The notes beneath the pieces are model-generated. The model was not told the origin of the DNA. It ran no database searches and saw only the letters and a list, made by a program, of their open reading frames with translations. This document shows, one piece after another, positions 1 through 10,303 of a stretch of 51,136 bases of DNA. The stretch's first letter is position 1, and each line of letters opens with the position of its first letter. Origin of the DNA: Neolecta irregularis DAH-3 (lineage: Eukaryota); NCBI GenBank assembly GCA_001929475.1, contig LXFE01004208.1, positions 1 through 51,136 on the forward strand, in the 5' to 3' direction. The translations under genes were made by a program, and so were the position numbers.

Positions 1-86
1 GTCTCACTTCTTTATTTTCCTTGAGTTCCCTTTGAGATTGACCTTCCACTAAATAGTACTGGGTTTTCACGAAGTTCCCTCTGGCA

Positions 87-3000
87 ATGGACAGTATACC
101 GTTAGCACAGGATTCAGATCTTATGATTACGAGGCAGAACTCCAATATAGTAATCGATCCGCCTTATCGGCAGTATCCATTGTCAAGTTTGGATAAGGCA
201 TACCAAGAATCACCTGATAAATCTATCGACGAGAAAACAATAATAGATGTCCTAGTGGTAGTGGAAGATCAATTCTGAATCTCACATTGTTAGGCTGCTG
301 AAGGCCTGGATTCTGCTAGTCCTGACTACGCGCATGATTACAGTTCTTTTACACTCGAAGATTTCTCATTCTACAGCAAAAAAGAAGAAGACTTTAAGCC
401 GATTGTAAGATTATTGCTTTCTCAAAATGTCAATCACTTGCTCGCCGACGGCTATATTTGTGATGGCAATCATAGATATCGTGTGGAGAAAATATCTGTT
501 CTACGACTTTCCATTGGAAATGTAGTCAACTCTTCCCAAGATTTTGTGGACGGAAACTATAAAAGCGACCTTAGCGAGGCGATCTGGATACAATCAGCTT
601 ACGGAAATGCAAGGAATTTTTGGTATACCCTTGGGAAACCCGCGAAAGAATATGAGCCTTATTGGATGCCGTCATATTGGATTATGCTTTTTGCAAAATA
701 TTTCGCAGAGTACCTCATAGCTCATGAGAAGATCAGCCTCGAATCCTTTCGGTATCATTTTTGCGATTGGTTACAACATTTGCACAAACATAACGAAGCC
801 TTTAATGAGTGGTTTTCTCAGTGTCCACGAAATCGGGACTTGAGACAAGCTGTAGCATCATACATGCCCTTTTTACATCATTTCATTCATACTCTTGATC
901 GTCTTGATATCAGTTGGGACAAGGTCCATCCCGTCATTGAACAGACTTGGCCAGGTTCATTTGAGAAATACCGGACTTTGGTTGATAGGAATGGCAAATC
1001 AGTTCTCGAAGCAACTATTGTTACGCCATATATTTACAACAGGTTCGAGCATTTATACGCCAGAGAAATGTTTGAAGTTCGAGAGAAGCTAGAGTTTGTA
1101 AGTACAGATGGTAAAGAAGGTGATCTTGACCTTTTATGTGGATGGCTAAGGTCTTAGCCGTTCTAGAAATACCTAGGGCTCGCAGAATTGAACGTACTGC
1201 AACCGGTGAGTAAGGTGATTTGTAAGACTAATATATTAGGCATGATTGCTCAATTTGAGTATGCACCTGGCGAAATCAAAGTTGGGGATGTTGTGGCTAT
1301 AAAGCCTGATTGTAGGAGCTCTTGGAATAATAAAGGAATTTGGATGGGGTACTTTGCCAAACTGCCATTCTCCTATCTTGATCTATCTCAAGTTATGTTC
1401 AAGAAGTTCAAAACTTGCATTACAAGGACAAACTCGGAATAATTTGGTTGTATGCGGCCAAGGATACCCACTCATTGACTTTTGACTACGTCAACAAATC
1501 CGAGGCATCTAGTAAATACAAATGCATGATTGGCTAAGCAATTAGCGCTTCTGGTCTAATAACTGCAACTGCGATCAAGCCGCTATTTACAACTATGACG
1601 TTTTAGCAAAGGTTCCTGTACACTTTGGAGATAGTCCCGAGAAGAGTGGTATATTCGGTTAAGAAATATTTGCTAAATTTAGGTTGCGAATATTTTGTTC
1701 GCTTATTCTATCACACGGACAGTTTCTCTTTCCAGACTTTGAAAGCATCAGATATGGATGGCATCAACGGAAATAAACCTTGTGGATGCGCAAACACCAC
1801 ATGTTTCGAGTTTATGCAGAAGGAATTTCCTCCGCAGACACATGTCCTCTTCTTGGCAGCCAAGACAGACGCCTACCTTTCAGTAAGACGAATTGAGTCT
1901 TATGACCTTGAACATCGGACTTTTGCAATGCGAACTTTCCATAAGCGTTTTGACACGCCTGGCGAGCCATTGGATTCTATTGAAGTTTATTGGACTTCTG
2001 AAGTCCTCACTTATGACTTTCACAATTTCGACCTCATAGCTCGTAAATGTACTGTGGTGTACCTAGGCGAGACTAATCAGTTGACACCCGAATTGTTATA
2101 TGATGGTGCGGGAGATTTTGTAAGTTCTATACTTTTCATTTTTGATCCCCTAGTGGTTCTGCAGGAAGGCGAGATCACAGTCCGGACGACTGGAAGTCAT
2201 ACAACTTGATGAGATCGTCTCTCATTCCAGTGAAGACATTCTTGAGAGTGACAAATTATCCGGATTGGACCTTTTTTGTGGAGGTGGGAATTTTGCGAGA
2301 GGCATCAGTGATGCGGGAGCGGTTAAGCACAAGTGGTAAGAAGTAATGTCGCTACTTTCTTCAACTTTTATAGGGCAGTCGACATATATGGACCGGCAAT
2401 AAAAACATATGAAGCAAATTTATCATTGAATGAAGATGTCTATCTCTATCACGGTTCCGTTAACAGCTTCTTGGCTAGTGCCATTGCTGGTAAACGAGGA
2501 AACAAAATTCCGCAAAAGGCGAATATTCCATCATCTTTTCCACTGCTTATGCACTCTAGGGCGAAGTCGATCTCATTATTGCTGGCAGCCCTTGTCAAGG
2601 TTTCAGCCTCGCAAATATGGACCGAACGACAGAAAAATCACTCACAAATTGCTCCCTTGTTGCCTCTGTGGGTGCGTTCATCGATTACTACCGACCAAAA
2701 TTCTTTGTTCTCGAAAATGTACCACAAATGAATCCCCATAACTCCGAGAAAGACCAGGTTAACGTCTTCAAACTTCTCATATCAGCAGTCGTTGGTCTCG
2801 GATATCAAACACGTGGTTATAAACTTACTGCTGATTCGCAAGGTGCATGTCAGGAACGGACAAGATTATTCATTGTTGGGTATATAAATTATATAATCTT
2901 CCTAACTTTGATCAAGAGCAGCTCCCGGTCTAGATTTGCCTGAAAGTCCGCCGTGGTCGCACTGGACTCCACCAGTAGATGGTACTCCTACACAGTGCTG

Positions 3001-4300
3001 TCGTCTTGGTGTGGGTCGCGATGTCGTGGGAAATCAACTTGAACGAACCTCAGTGAAAGATCTGATAGGAGCATATCCCAGACGTTCGATCTCTTCAGCC
3101 CTTGACGATCTTCCAAATGTCTATGACAGCCATGCTCAAGTCTGTGTTTCCCATCCGCTTCATGTTGTATGCGCAAATCCTCATGAGAAACATCGTCGTG
3201 TAGCAAGCTGTATTCCACGATTCAACATACCTGAACACTTAAAATGGCTTTCAGACCTCTCATACAATGATGCTGTTAAACATGATCGAATTCCAAAAGG
3301 TCTGCGTTGGCAACCAGCTGATGAATTCAACGTTTCTTCAAGAGCAAAGTCGAAAGCATTTCATAGATGTAAACGCGACGAACCATCTTGCACTATCACT
3401 ACTCGCCCGGTGATATGGTATTCCCTCTCTTGTGTCAATATATTTAATCATTCAGCTCCAATATCGGTGGTAAAAATCTGCATTACGACTATCCTCGCTG
3501 TATTACGATAGAAGAGGCAAAACGATGTCAAGGTTCATCTTGAGCTCTGAGATCAGGCTAAATTAAAAGGATTTTTTGACTCTGATGTTTTTATAGGGAA
3601 ACCAGAGGATGTTATGCGAATCATTGGAAATTCTGTCGAACGCCATGTAGCATTTTCCATCGGCAAAAGTATTATGGATGCCCATCGAAGCAGCATGTCC
3701 AGGGAGCCTTTTCGGATTCCTCTTTGCAGATCATCAGCTACCGCAGGAGGCACAAGAGCGAAATTACAGGTTTCGGGGGAACAGGTTGGAGACACTACAT
3801 GCGCTACTACCCCAGAGAGATATTGGGTTTCTAGTTTCCCCTCATCAACAAGCACTACAAGCGAAAAGCTGGTGCAACCTTTGCCGGTTAGACCCCTTAA
3901 GCATAGACAGTCATTCTCGAATGACACCCCAAGATCGCCGAGCACTGAAAGCGAAGTTGTCATTCGTCGGCAAAAATATCGTCGAACTCTTAGGATTACT
4001 TCACCTGCGGAAGCCGACATACAGCTCAGCAAATTTCAAGATAATTCTCTACGGCTGAGATCACTATCAGCTCAGAGGCTCAGCTCAGAAGAAGTTAAAT
4101 TTATCTCAGTACCGGTTGTCTTCAGCGGAGTTGAGAGCCTGGACCTTGTGACATCATTACCTACAAATACACAGTCCATTCCAGTAGTTAAGACGGGCTC
4201 GTTTAGACGTCGTATATCTCAGCGTAAATCGGCAGAAAAGTGTAAAGACCTCCCGGATCCAGTTCCTTTTGTTCCATCACAAACACCTTTCAGAAGATGA
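87..4300 (+). CDS. dim-2: DIM-2-type DNA (cytosine-5)-methyltransferase with BAH domains, ~11 introns
   Basis: Spliced frame gives C5-MTase motifs in order: I (LDLFCGGGNFARG, ~2266), IV (GEVDLIIAGSPCQGFS, ~2560), VI (FFVLENVPQM), VIII (QERTRLF), IX (RCITIEEAKRCQGF), X (IIGNSV). The upstream BAH-like segment (IIWLY...DT...ERFWSNNCNC...EYFVR) resembles Neurospora DIM-2. Ends in a low-complexity Ser/Arg tail. Confidence 0.9.
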
Positions 4301-4483
4301 GATGATATCCTCTACATTTCATGAGTTTGAATGATGATTATCCCCCGTTGTCTTCTAATCCATAAATATGGGCGTGATCCATAAACTGAATATAGATCAT
4401 ATTTCTTATGTAATGTGTTACCTTTGGGTAACAGACGGTAATTCTGTGAAAATCGCTAATGGAAGAAGAAAAGGTAATGAATT

Positions 4484-5163
4484 TCATCTCAAGAGTTTCT
4501 GCCTCAATTCTTCAACTAATTTATCGGGTATATATCCCTCGTCCCATTGGAGAATGTGACCTCCAATTAATGACACACTAGTTGGTTTTAAAAGTAATAA
4601 TCCTCTGGAGATTTGGATATTCTTCACCATAATCTAGAAGGTCGGAAGTTTTCTGTGGCAAGAGTGTATACCTTTTGTCCTAGTCTCATTCCAACACAGA
4701 TTCCGTCAATAGGTTTCAGTTCAAACCCAAAACACCGCCGCCCGGCCCCGTCTTCTAGTATCAATTTACAGGTATGTTTTTTACCAACCAGTTCGTTGTT
4801 ATCAATTTGCTCTTCGAAGCCAAGATCTTGTTGTTCCTCTTCGTTTATTGCTTCTCGTATTTGCTGTCCGTGTTTGCTATCTTCAATCTTGTAGATCTGA
4901 CTCAAAGCCGACAGTCCAATATCTTCGACTCGATATATTTGTAACACAAAAGGACCCGAAATTGTGACATTGTGTTTCTCGAGGATATCCGGCGGAAGGA
5001 AGGTTTGGGGATCCGCGGATTGTTTAAGATCAGATACGAGGAAATGTGGGAGAATATGTTGGTGAGTAGAAATATTTGGAAATTCAATAAGAAGGGCTTC
5101 CAGCCATTCCTTGTCGAGATAAATCCCAACAGACTCAAAAGCTGTCAAGTCAGGGAGTACCAT
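4484..5163 (-). CDS. rmi1: RecQ-mediated genome instability protein 1 (RMI1, OB-fold), 1 intron
   Basis: LVSDL...LP...GPFVLQI..VEDIG.S and CKLILEDGAG..CFGFELKPI.GI...M.LGQK. After an intron: IMVKNIQISRGLLLLKPTSVSLIGG, stop at 4484. Confidence 0.85.
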
Positions 5164-5443
5164 TAATGATCAGCTGGAGTGACTAACCGTCGACATCTAC
5201 GGTAAGTGAAGATGATGATGTATTCGAGATATGCTTGAGCAGAAAGCTGATGGGAATAACTTCAAAAGTGAAGTTTGGCATAAAAACGCTCAGCTCAGAA
5301 ATTACAAAACACTTGAACTTTTGTCATTCATTCGCTCTACTATCTCATTTCTATGTTTTGCTGTGCAACCTGTCATGATTACGAGCCTCTTTTGGGTAAG
5401 GATTCCGTCCCTCGGCAGTTTAAGATTTTCAAAACTCAACGCC

Positions 5444-5555
5444 TTTGTCCCGCGTGAAATGTAAAATACGCGAAACGTGAAGGGAAATAACCACCGCCCC
5501 CACACCACTCAAAGTTTTGCTTATACCCTCCTAGATGCCTGTTATCTCGATATTC
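5444..5555 (+). repeat. Left terminal inverted repeat (~110 bp)
   Basis: gaaatgtaaaatacgcgaaacgtgaagggaaataacc...ttgcttataccctcctagatgcctgttatc matches the inverted copy at 6217-6327. Confidence 0.9.
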
Positions 5556-5682
5556 GAAGCGCTGGCTCCTTGGGGTGTCACGAGAGAAGCATGTCAGCCT
5601 ATCATCGAGTGTTTGAGGAAGAACCCAAAGGGATGGGTTGACTTTTTGATGAAGTTCAAACTTGGATTAGAAGACACGAGAA
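5550..5682 (+). pseudogene. Internal fragment of a VIT1/CCC1-family vacuolar iron/manganese transporter gene
   Basis: Translates as IFEALAPWGVTREACQPIIECLRKNPKGWVDFLMKFKLGLE, matching the VIT1/CCC1 cytosolic motif WVDFMMKFELGLE. No start codon or TM segments. Confidence 0.75.
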
Positions 5683-6117
5683 GTAGAATATACTTCTAGT
5701 TCTATGGCATGGGATTGGTTTGATCTCATTCTTTGCTTGTGTCTCTTTAGCAGTATCCCAGAGGAAAAAGTCAATCAAGATAGCGTTATTATTAATATAC
5801 CCAAGCCTTTCAATCTCCTGACGAATCTTTTCAACACATCAGCTTGATGTGCCGCGAAGCTGGATCTAGTATGGATGACCACGTTCTATCACAACTTAGT
5901 TTTTGATTAGGCTCTCCAGATGAGGTGAATAACAAATACAATTCAAGGTGTGGAGTGTTTGAGGTACCCTATGAACTAACTGGCCCGAAGTTTAAGTACC
6001 TTACCGATAGTCTGCAAACATTGTGATATGATCTGTCACAGAATGATCTGTATGACTCGCCGTTGAAATGAGCCCATATATCTGCCACCAATATTTGAGC
6101 GTGTTTACAAAATTTCA
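5683..6117 (-). pseudogene. 3' fragment of queuosine 5'-phosphate N-glycosylase/hydrolase (QNG1/DUF2419), decayed, intron retained
   Basis: FCKHAQILVADIWAHFNGESY...(frameshift) DHITMFADYR|intron 5969-6004|VPQTLHTLNCICYSPHLESLIKN*VVIERGHPY*IQLRGTSS*CVEKIRQEI...NAILIDFFLWDTAKE...IPCHRTRSIFY. This matches DUF2419 motifs KRAQIL, MFADYR.PQ, NAILIDFFL and HRTRSI.Y. Three stops and one frameshift. Confidence 0.88.
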
Positions 6118-6155
6118 CTACTAATAAGAATATTTACATGGACGAAATGCCTGTA

Positions 6156-6173
6156 TAACCCTAACCCTAACCC
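6156..6173 (+). repeat. Interstitial telomeric tract (TAACCC)3
   Basis: taaccctaaccctaaccc, three perfect TTAGGG units on the minus strand. Confidence 0.85.
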
Positions 6174-6216
6174 AATTGTGTGCATTATTAATAGTGTTGC
6201 TGTTTCCTGTAGAGTT

Positions 6217-6327
6217 GAATCACGGATAACAGGCATCTAGGTGGGTATAAGCAAAGCTTGAGTGGGTGTGGTGGCAGTGGTTATTTCCCTTTACGTTTCG
6301 CGTATTTTACATTTCGCGCACGACACA
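6217..6327 (-). repeat. Right terminal inverted repeat (~110 bp)
   Basis: Inverted copy of 5444-5555. Confidence 0.9.
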
Positions 6328-7763
6328 TGTAACTTTCTACGGCCTTCTCAAATTCCACTCGAATCAGGGATACCAGACGCCAAATTTCAGCGCTCTAATT
6401 GAGCGAATAGCCCTCTTTAGCAACAGTATTTAGTGGTTCAATTCCAAATGATCAGCGCTCGATTTCTTTCCTTCCAGGAAAGAAGAAGCTTCTAACGAGT
6501 TTCGCCAATCAATAACTCAAGCCGGAAAATTCCTTCCAATCCCCTATTTTCCAGCGTGATCAGACCCGAAATGGTGAAGGCTTCTGTGGATTCTTTTCGA
6601 AGAATCGATTTTCCATCTCGCTCAATGAGCCTCATTTTGCATTTGGGCTCTTCAGCACTTTCAGATCTGCACATCAACATTTTCCACAGGTCCAGTTTCC
6701 AAAAAATTGGCGCAATTCTAACACCCAGTAATAAGGTTCCGGAAAATCCATGTCAATTCTTGACATTCTATTGCGTTATATTTGCGATTGCAGGTGTGCT
6801 GGATTATTTGCCGACATTTTGGATCGTTGATGTTTTTCAGATTTAAGAACATTCTCAGACATCTCATTACATGGTCTCATGTTTCAGCTAGTGTTTATTA
6901 TTTCTTGATTTGATGAATTGGAGCATTTATTTCTCCGACAAGAGTCTAGGTATACAAAAATGATTGTAATCACTATTGACCTTTCCGAGTGATTTGACCT
7001 AATTTCATTTTATTAACTCCTATGGAGAATATCAGATTACACATCTCCCCAGAGTTATATCAGCGATGGGCTTTTTTCTGTTATCGCCCGCATGGCCTAT
7101 CCGCAAACGTGGAGCCTTTGCGTTTTTTCTGGTATATTTGTTTTTCATGAACTACTGCTACCTGCGTGACGGTTCGTGGGCATACTCGAATGATCTCGGT
7201 TCACTCTTTCAACCAAGGAACTGCCCCAAAAAATTGGAAAAGAACACATTGATGAATTGCTAAACGATGAAGAATGAACAAGGACAATACTGCGGTAGTA
7301 CCTCATTCGTTAGGATTTTCCGCTCGTGTAGAAACTGCACCTCGATATCTTTCCTTCTTTAAACCCTCCTAGCCTCTTAACTCTCATTAGTGCCGATACT
7401 TTTCTGTGGCTTAGACCTTTCCATATGTATTTATATTAACGGGTGTCCAGTTCAATTGAATTAATCCAAGGGTGCGTTTGGCGCGCACCAAATTTCATAA
7501 AAGTCAGTCTCTAAAATAAGATAGCGACAATTTTTAGATTTCCTAAGAACTAATCCGCCGACCTGTCGAATTCCACAAATCTCCCAAAAATTATTCGCGT
7601 TGGTTTGTCAAGCTCCCAAAACATTTCCTCAAATTTCTGTCGTTGCTTGGCTGGGGTTGCAATAATCCTTACTCGACTGCACCGAACCTCTCTTCTATAC
7701 GTAACCATCTCCTTCGTCCTCCGTCATACCCTAAATTTCGATTGATTTGACTGAATAAACGAT

Positions 7764-8171
7764 ATGTCGTCTACTCTGTGGAAACTTGTTGAACCATTTG
7801 TGTTTTTAGTTATTATTGGCATTATGGGGTTCACTGGATATGTTGTTTATTCGATCATGACCAAGTTATCCAGGTACGTCAGTCTCATCATTTGGTTGTA
7901 CCATACCCCCTCTTATTGTTTCTTCGTGCTAACGATGAACAACAGAACTGTTAATCGCAAAATGACAAATAAAGGGGTCCAGGTCACCCGTAAGGGAGCT
8001 CAAGTCCGAGTTAAAGGTGTTTCCAGGGAAGATTATATGGATAAAACTCAGTCGTATGATCGACGGGGTCAGAACTGCTAAAAATCCAGGGTCCTTGTTA
8101 ATGTGTGGAGGAATTCGGAAATGGAAGGCTATAAAAGTCGTTTGTGGAACACCGAGAAGCCAAAGAAATAA
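7764..8171 (+). CDS. Small fungal single-pass membrane protein, unknown function, 2 introns
   Basis: N-terminal TM helix (FVFLVIIGIMGFTGYVVYSI). GT-AG introns 7874-7945 and 8054-8089 join to VRVKGVSREDYMDKTQSVLVNVWRNS...SRLW. Confidence 0.7.
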
Positions 8172-8509
8172 GACTTGATGACAATGGAATGTCCAAGGGT
8201 ATTTACAAGGCCACATGACAAAATACACTACTGTATCAAGGCACAATACAGGATATCTGCACCAAGTAGTGATCCAAAGTAAAAATATTATAACAACCAC
8301 TACGGATACAAAGAAGATGATATTGGATGTGTTTTGCTAAGAGAATTCTGATAAAGATCAACCATATACTCCATATTCCCACAAATAAAGGAAAAAGACC
8401 TCAAACAATACAACAAAGCACAGAGAAAAAACAGTGACACCTTACACCCACAAGCAAGGAAAGAGATATGACTTAGAGAAGTGTGCTTTTTAGAATTGGA
8501 CTCCCATGT

Positions 8510-9088
8510 TTATAGTAGGATATTCATGATCCCGCGTTCTTCGCGCTGTAGTTCTTCGCGAGCAAACTTGTCGAGCGGGCTCTCTTCCCACATAGACGAA
8601 TCAGGAGTAGGAGGATCAGACTCTGGATCTTCGACGACTTCGTCATCGTCTGTCTCGAGCTCGGGCATTTTATTTACGGGCCCACGCTCTGGGAGAATTG
8701 CCATCTGTTCGTCATCTTCGAGCTCGATATGCATGTCTGTGGCGGGAGAGGTGGAGTAGCGAATTTCGATTTCTTCGACATCGTCTGCAAAGTCTTCAAA
8801 GGTGGAGGTTGTGCCAGAGGCGATGTCTACCATCGTCTCGTCGAACCATGCCTGTTCCATGCGGCGGGTCTCGTCGATGTGGGATAGGAGGCGCTGGAAG
8901 ACACGGAAATGGCCGAGGACCTTTTCGAGATGCTCGTGGTTTACGGCCTGTCGTGCTCTGAACTGGGCGAGATGCAGGAGGTGTGTTGCGCGCTGGATGG
9001 ACATTGCGGCAGCGGCGACGGGCGGCGGCTGCGTTTTTAGCTGCGGGTGCGGTATCCTGTAGGGCGGCGACGCAGTATGGGAATACAT
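8510..9088 (-). CDS. ECM13-like protein with acidic C-terminus
   Basis: Intronless ORF. MSIQRATHLLHLAQFR...HLEKVLGH...EQAWFD resembles the ECM13-type motif (L.LLVGH...EQE.WF), followed by a D/E-rich region. The start may be the second Met. Confidence 0.6.
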   Translation of the reverse strand: MYSHTASPPYRIPHPQLKTQPPPVAAAAMSIQRATHLLHLAQFRARQAVNHEHLEKVLGHFRVFQRLLSHIDETRRMEQAWFDETMVDIASGTTSTFEDFADDVEEIEIRYSTSPATDMHIELEDDEQMAILPERGPVNKMPELETDDDEVVEDPESDPPTPDSSMWEESPLDKFAREELQREERGIMNILL

Positions 9089-10303
9089 CTGGCCGAACCG
9101 GATTGCTGATGCTGAGGTGGCAACGAGGGATTACAAAAAGGCGGTGGGTGGAAGGAAAGTCGGCTAGAACATGGAGAGGGACTGGGTGAGCAGGGCAAGC
9201 CGGAGCGAGGGCTAATTAAATAAATAAGGGGTGGGTGACTCGATCGGCTGGGAAATGGCGCGGCTCCACCACAAAACTCGTCCATTTGCATCGGCGAATC
9301 GGCCAGGCTAGCTGCAGCGGCATGTTTATACGCTGATATGCGATATCGTGCGATATCGTGCAAGATGACGCATGCACCCAACTGAGGCGGAACAAAAGCA
9401 CCACCCAGACTACTCGCTGATCAAGCTGCAGACCGGCATTTGAGAGATAAGAGGCCCTTGATGCAATATTGACTGTTTGGAGAAAGCCATCTAGTCGGGG
9501 TGCTGCGCTTGGTGCCAGATATAATCAAATCCTCGTTTGCGAATGCTTCAAATACATACGTAGCGCTGTTGCCATTGTTTGACACCCAGGCTCAGTGTGG
9601 CCTTTACTTCTAGCTCGAATCATATCCACAAACTTGTCATCCAGGTAGGCGAACACACCAGAGATAAGCCGCCGGTTTCTCCCGCTGGCTTTCCCGGAAA
9701 GTCAAACAAAAGATAACGCAGCAACGGGGGAGTCTCCAGTGGAGACTGAGTATCCGTGGAGTGGCAACGTATCTTTGAGTTTCCTCTGTCTCGTTTCCGT
9801 CCCAATCTGGAGTTTCATCCGACTGCTATCCACCAACACCCGTCTATATTTAGCACCTGTTGACCAGCTCGCTGGAATACAAAGAAACATCTCTCGATCA
9901 TGTCACATTACTAAACTCTGTTTTACCCTTGAAATATAATAGAAAAATGCAGCAGATTCAAGTATGCAAGTGCAAGAAACACCAGCATACTATGCCGAAA
10001 CGTGTTCCATGTCTCATGCCTCTATATGGTTTAACGCCAGCCCCTAGCAGTAGCAACCAAAATTACACATCAACATTCGTCAGTTCCCATTATTCAAAGG
10101 AAATCGCATGCGCAACATATCGACCTTCAAGTCAACAGGCAATAGGTACTGTCAAATAGAATTTCCATAGAACAATCGCCATTCACTTCTGATGAGAACA
10201 TTGATATATATGAAGATTCTACTCATTCACTTCAAGGATATGCACAACTAAATATCTACCAGACTGCTTAGCAGTTCTGCTCGCATTCAATCCCTCCAGG
10301 AGA

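Larger units (their letters stand above)
5444..6327. mobile_element. Non-autonomous TIR element carrying captured host-gene fragments (Pack-MULE-like)
   Basis: 5444-5555 is the reverse complement of 6217-6327 at roughly 85-90% identity by eye. The interior holds two gene fragments and no transposase. No clear target-site duplication was seen. Confidence 0.75.

Noticed and set aside
87-6117. Functional link between the methyltransferase and queuosine salvage (as for Dnmt2/Pmt1)
   Set aside because: The enzyme is DIM-2-type, not Dnmt2, and the QNG1 copy is a broken fragment; the adjacency looks coincidental.
5444-6327. Telomerase RNA gene (template-like TAACCC plus long-range pairing)
   Set aside because: Three full repeats exceed a ~1.5-repeat template, and the interior is explained by protein-gene fragments.
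6330-7000. Minus-strand frame resembling a decayed gene or transposase
   Set aside because: About 8 stops in ~135 codons is near random expectation, and no motif was recognised.
7469-7497. gggtgcgtttggcgc similar to 39947-40050, possible Harbinger/MITE ends
   Set aside because: Short and degenerate, with no convincing partner TIR or TSD.
9335-9366. Short tandem gcgatatcgt repeats upstream of the ECM13-like gene
   Set aside because: Too short to distinguish a regulatory site from slippage.
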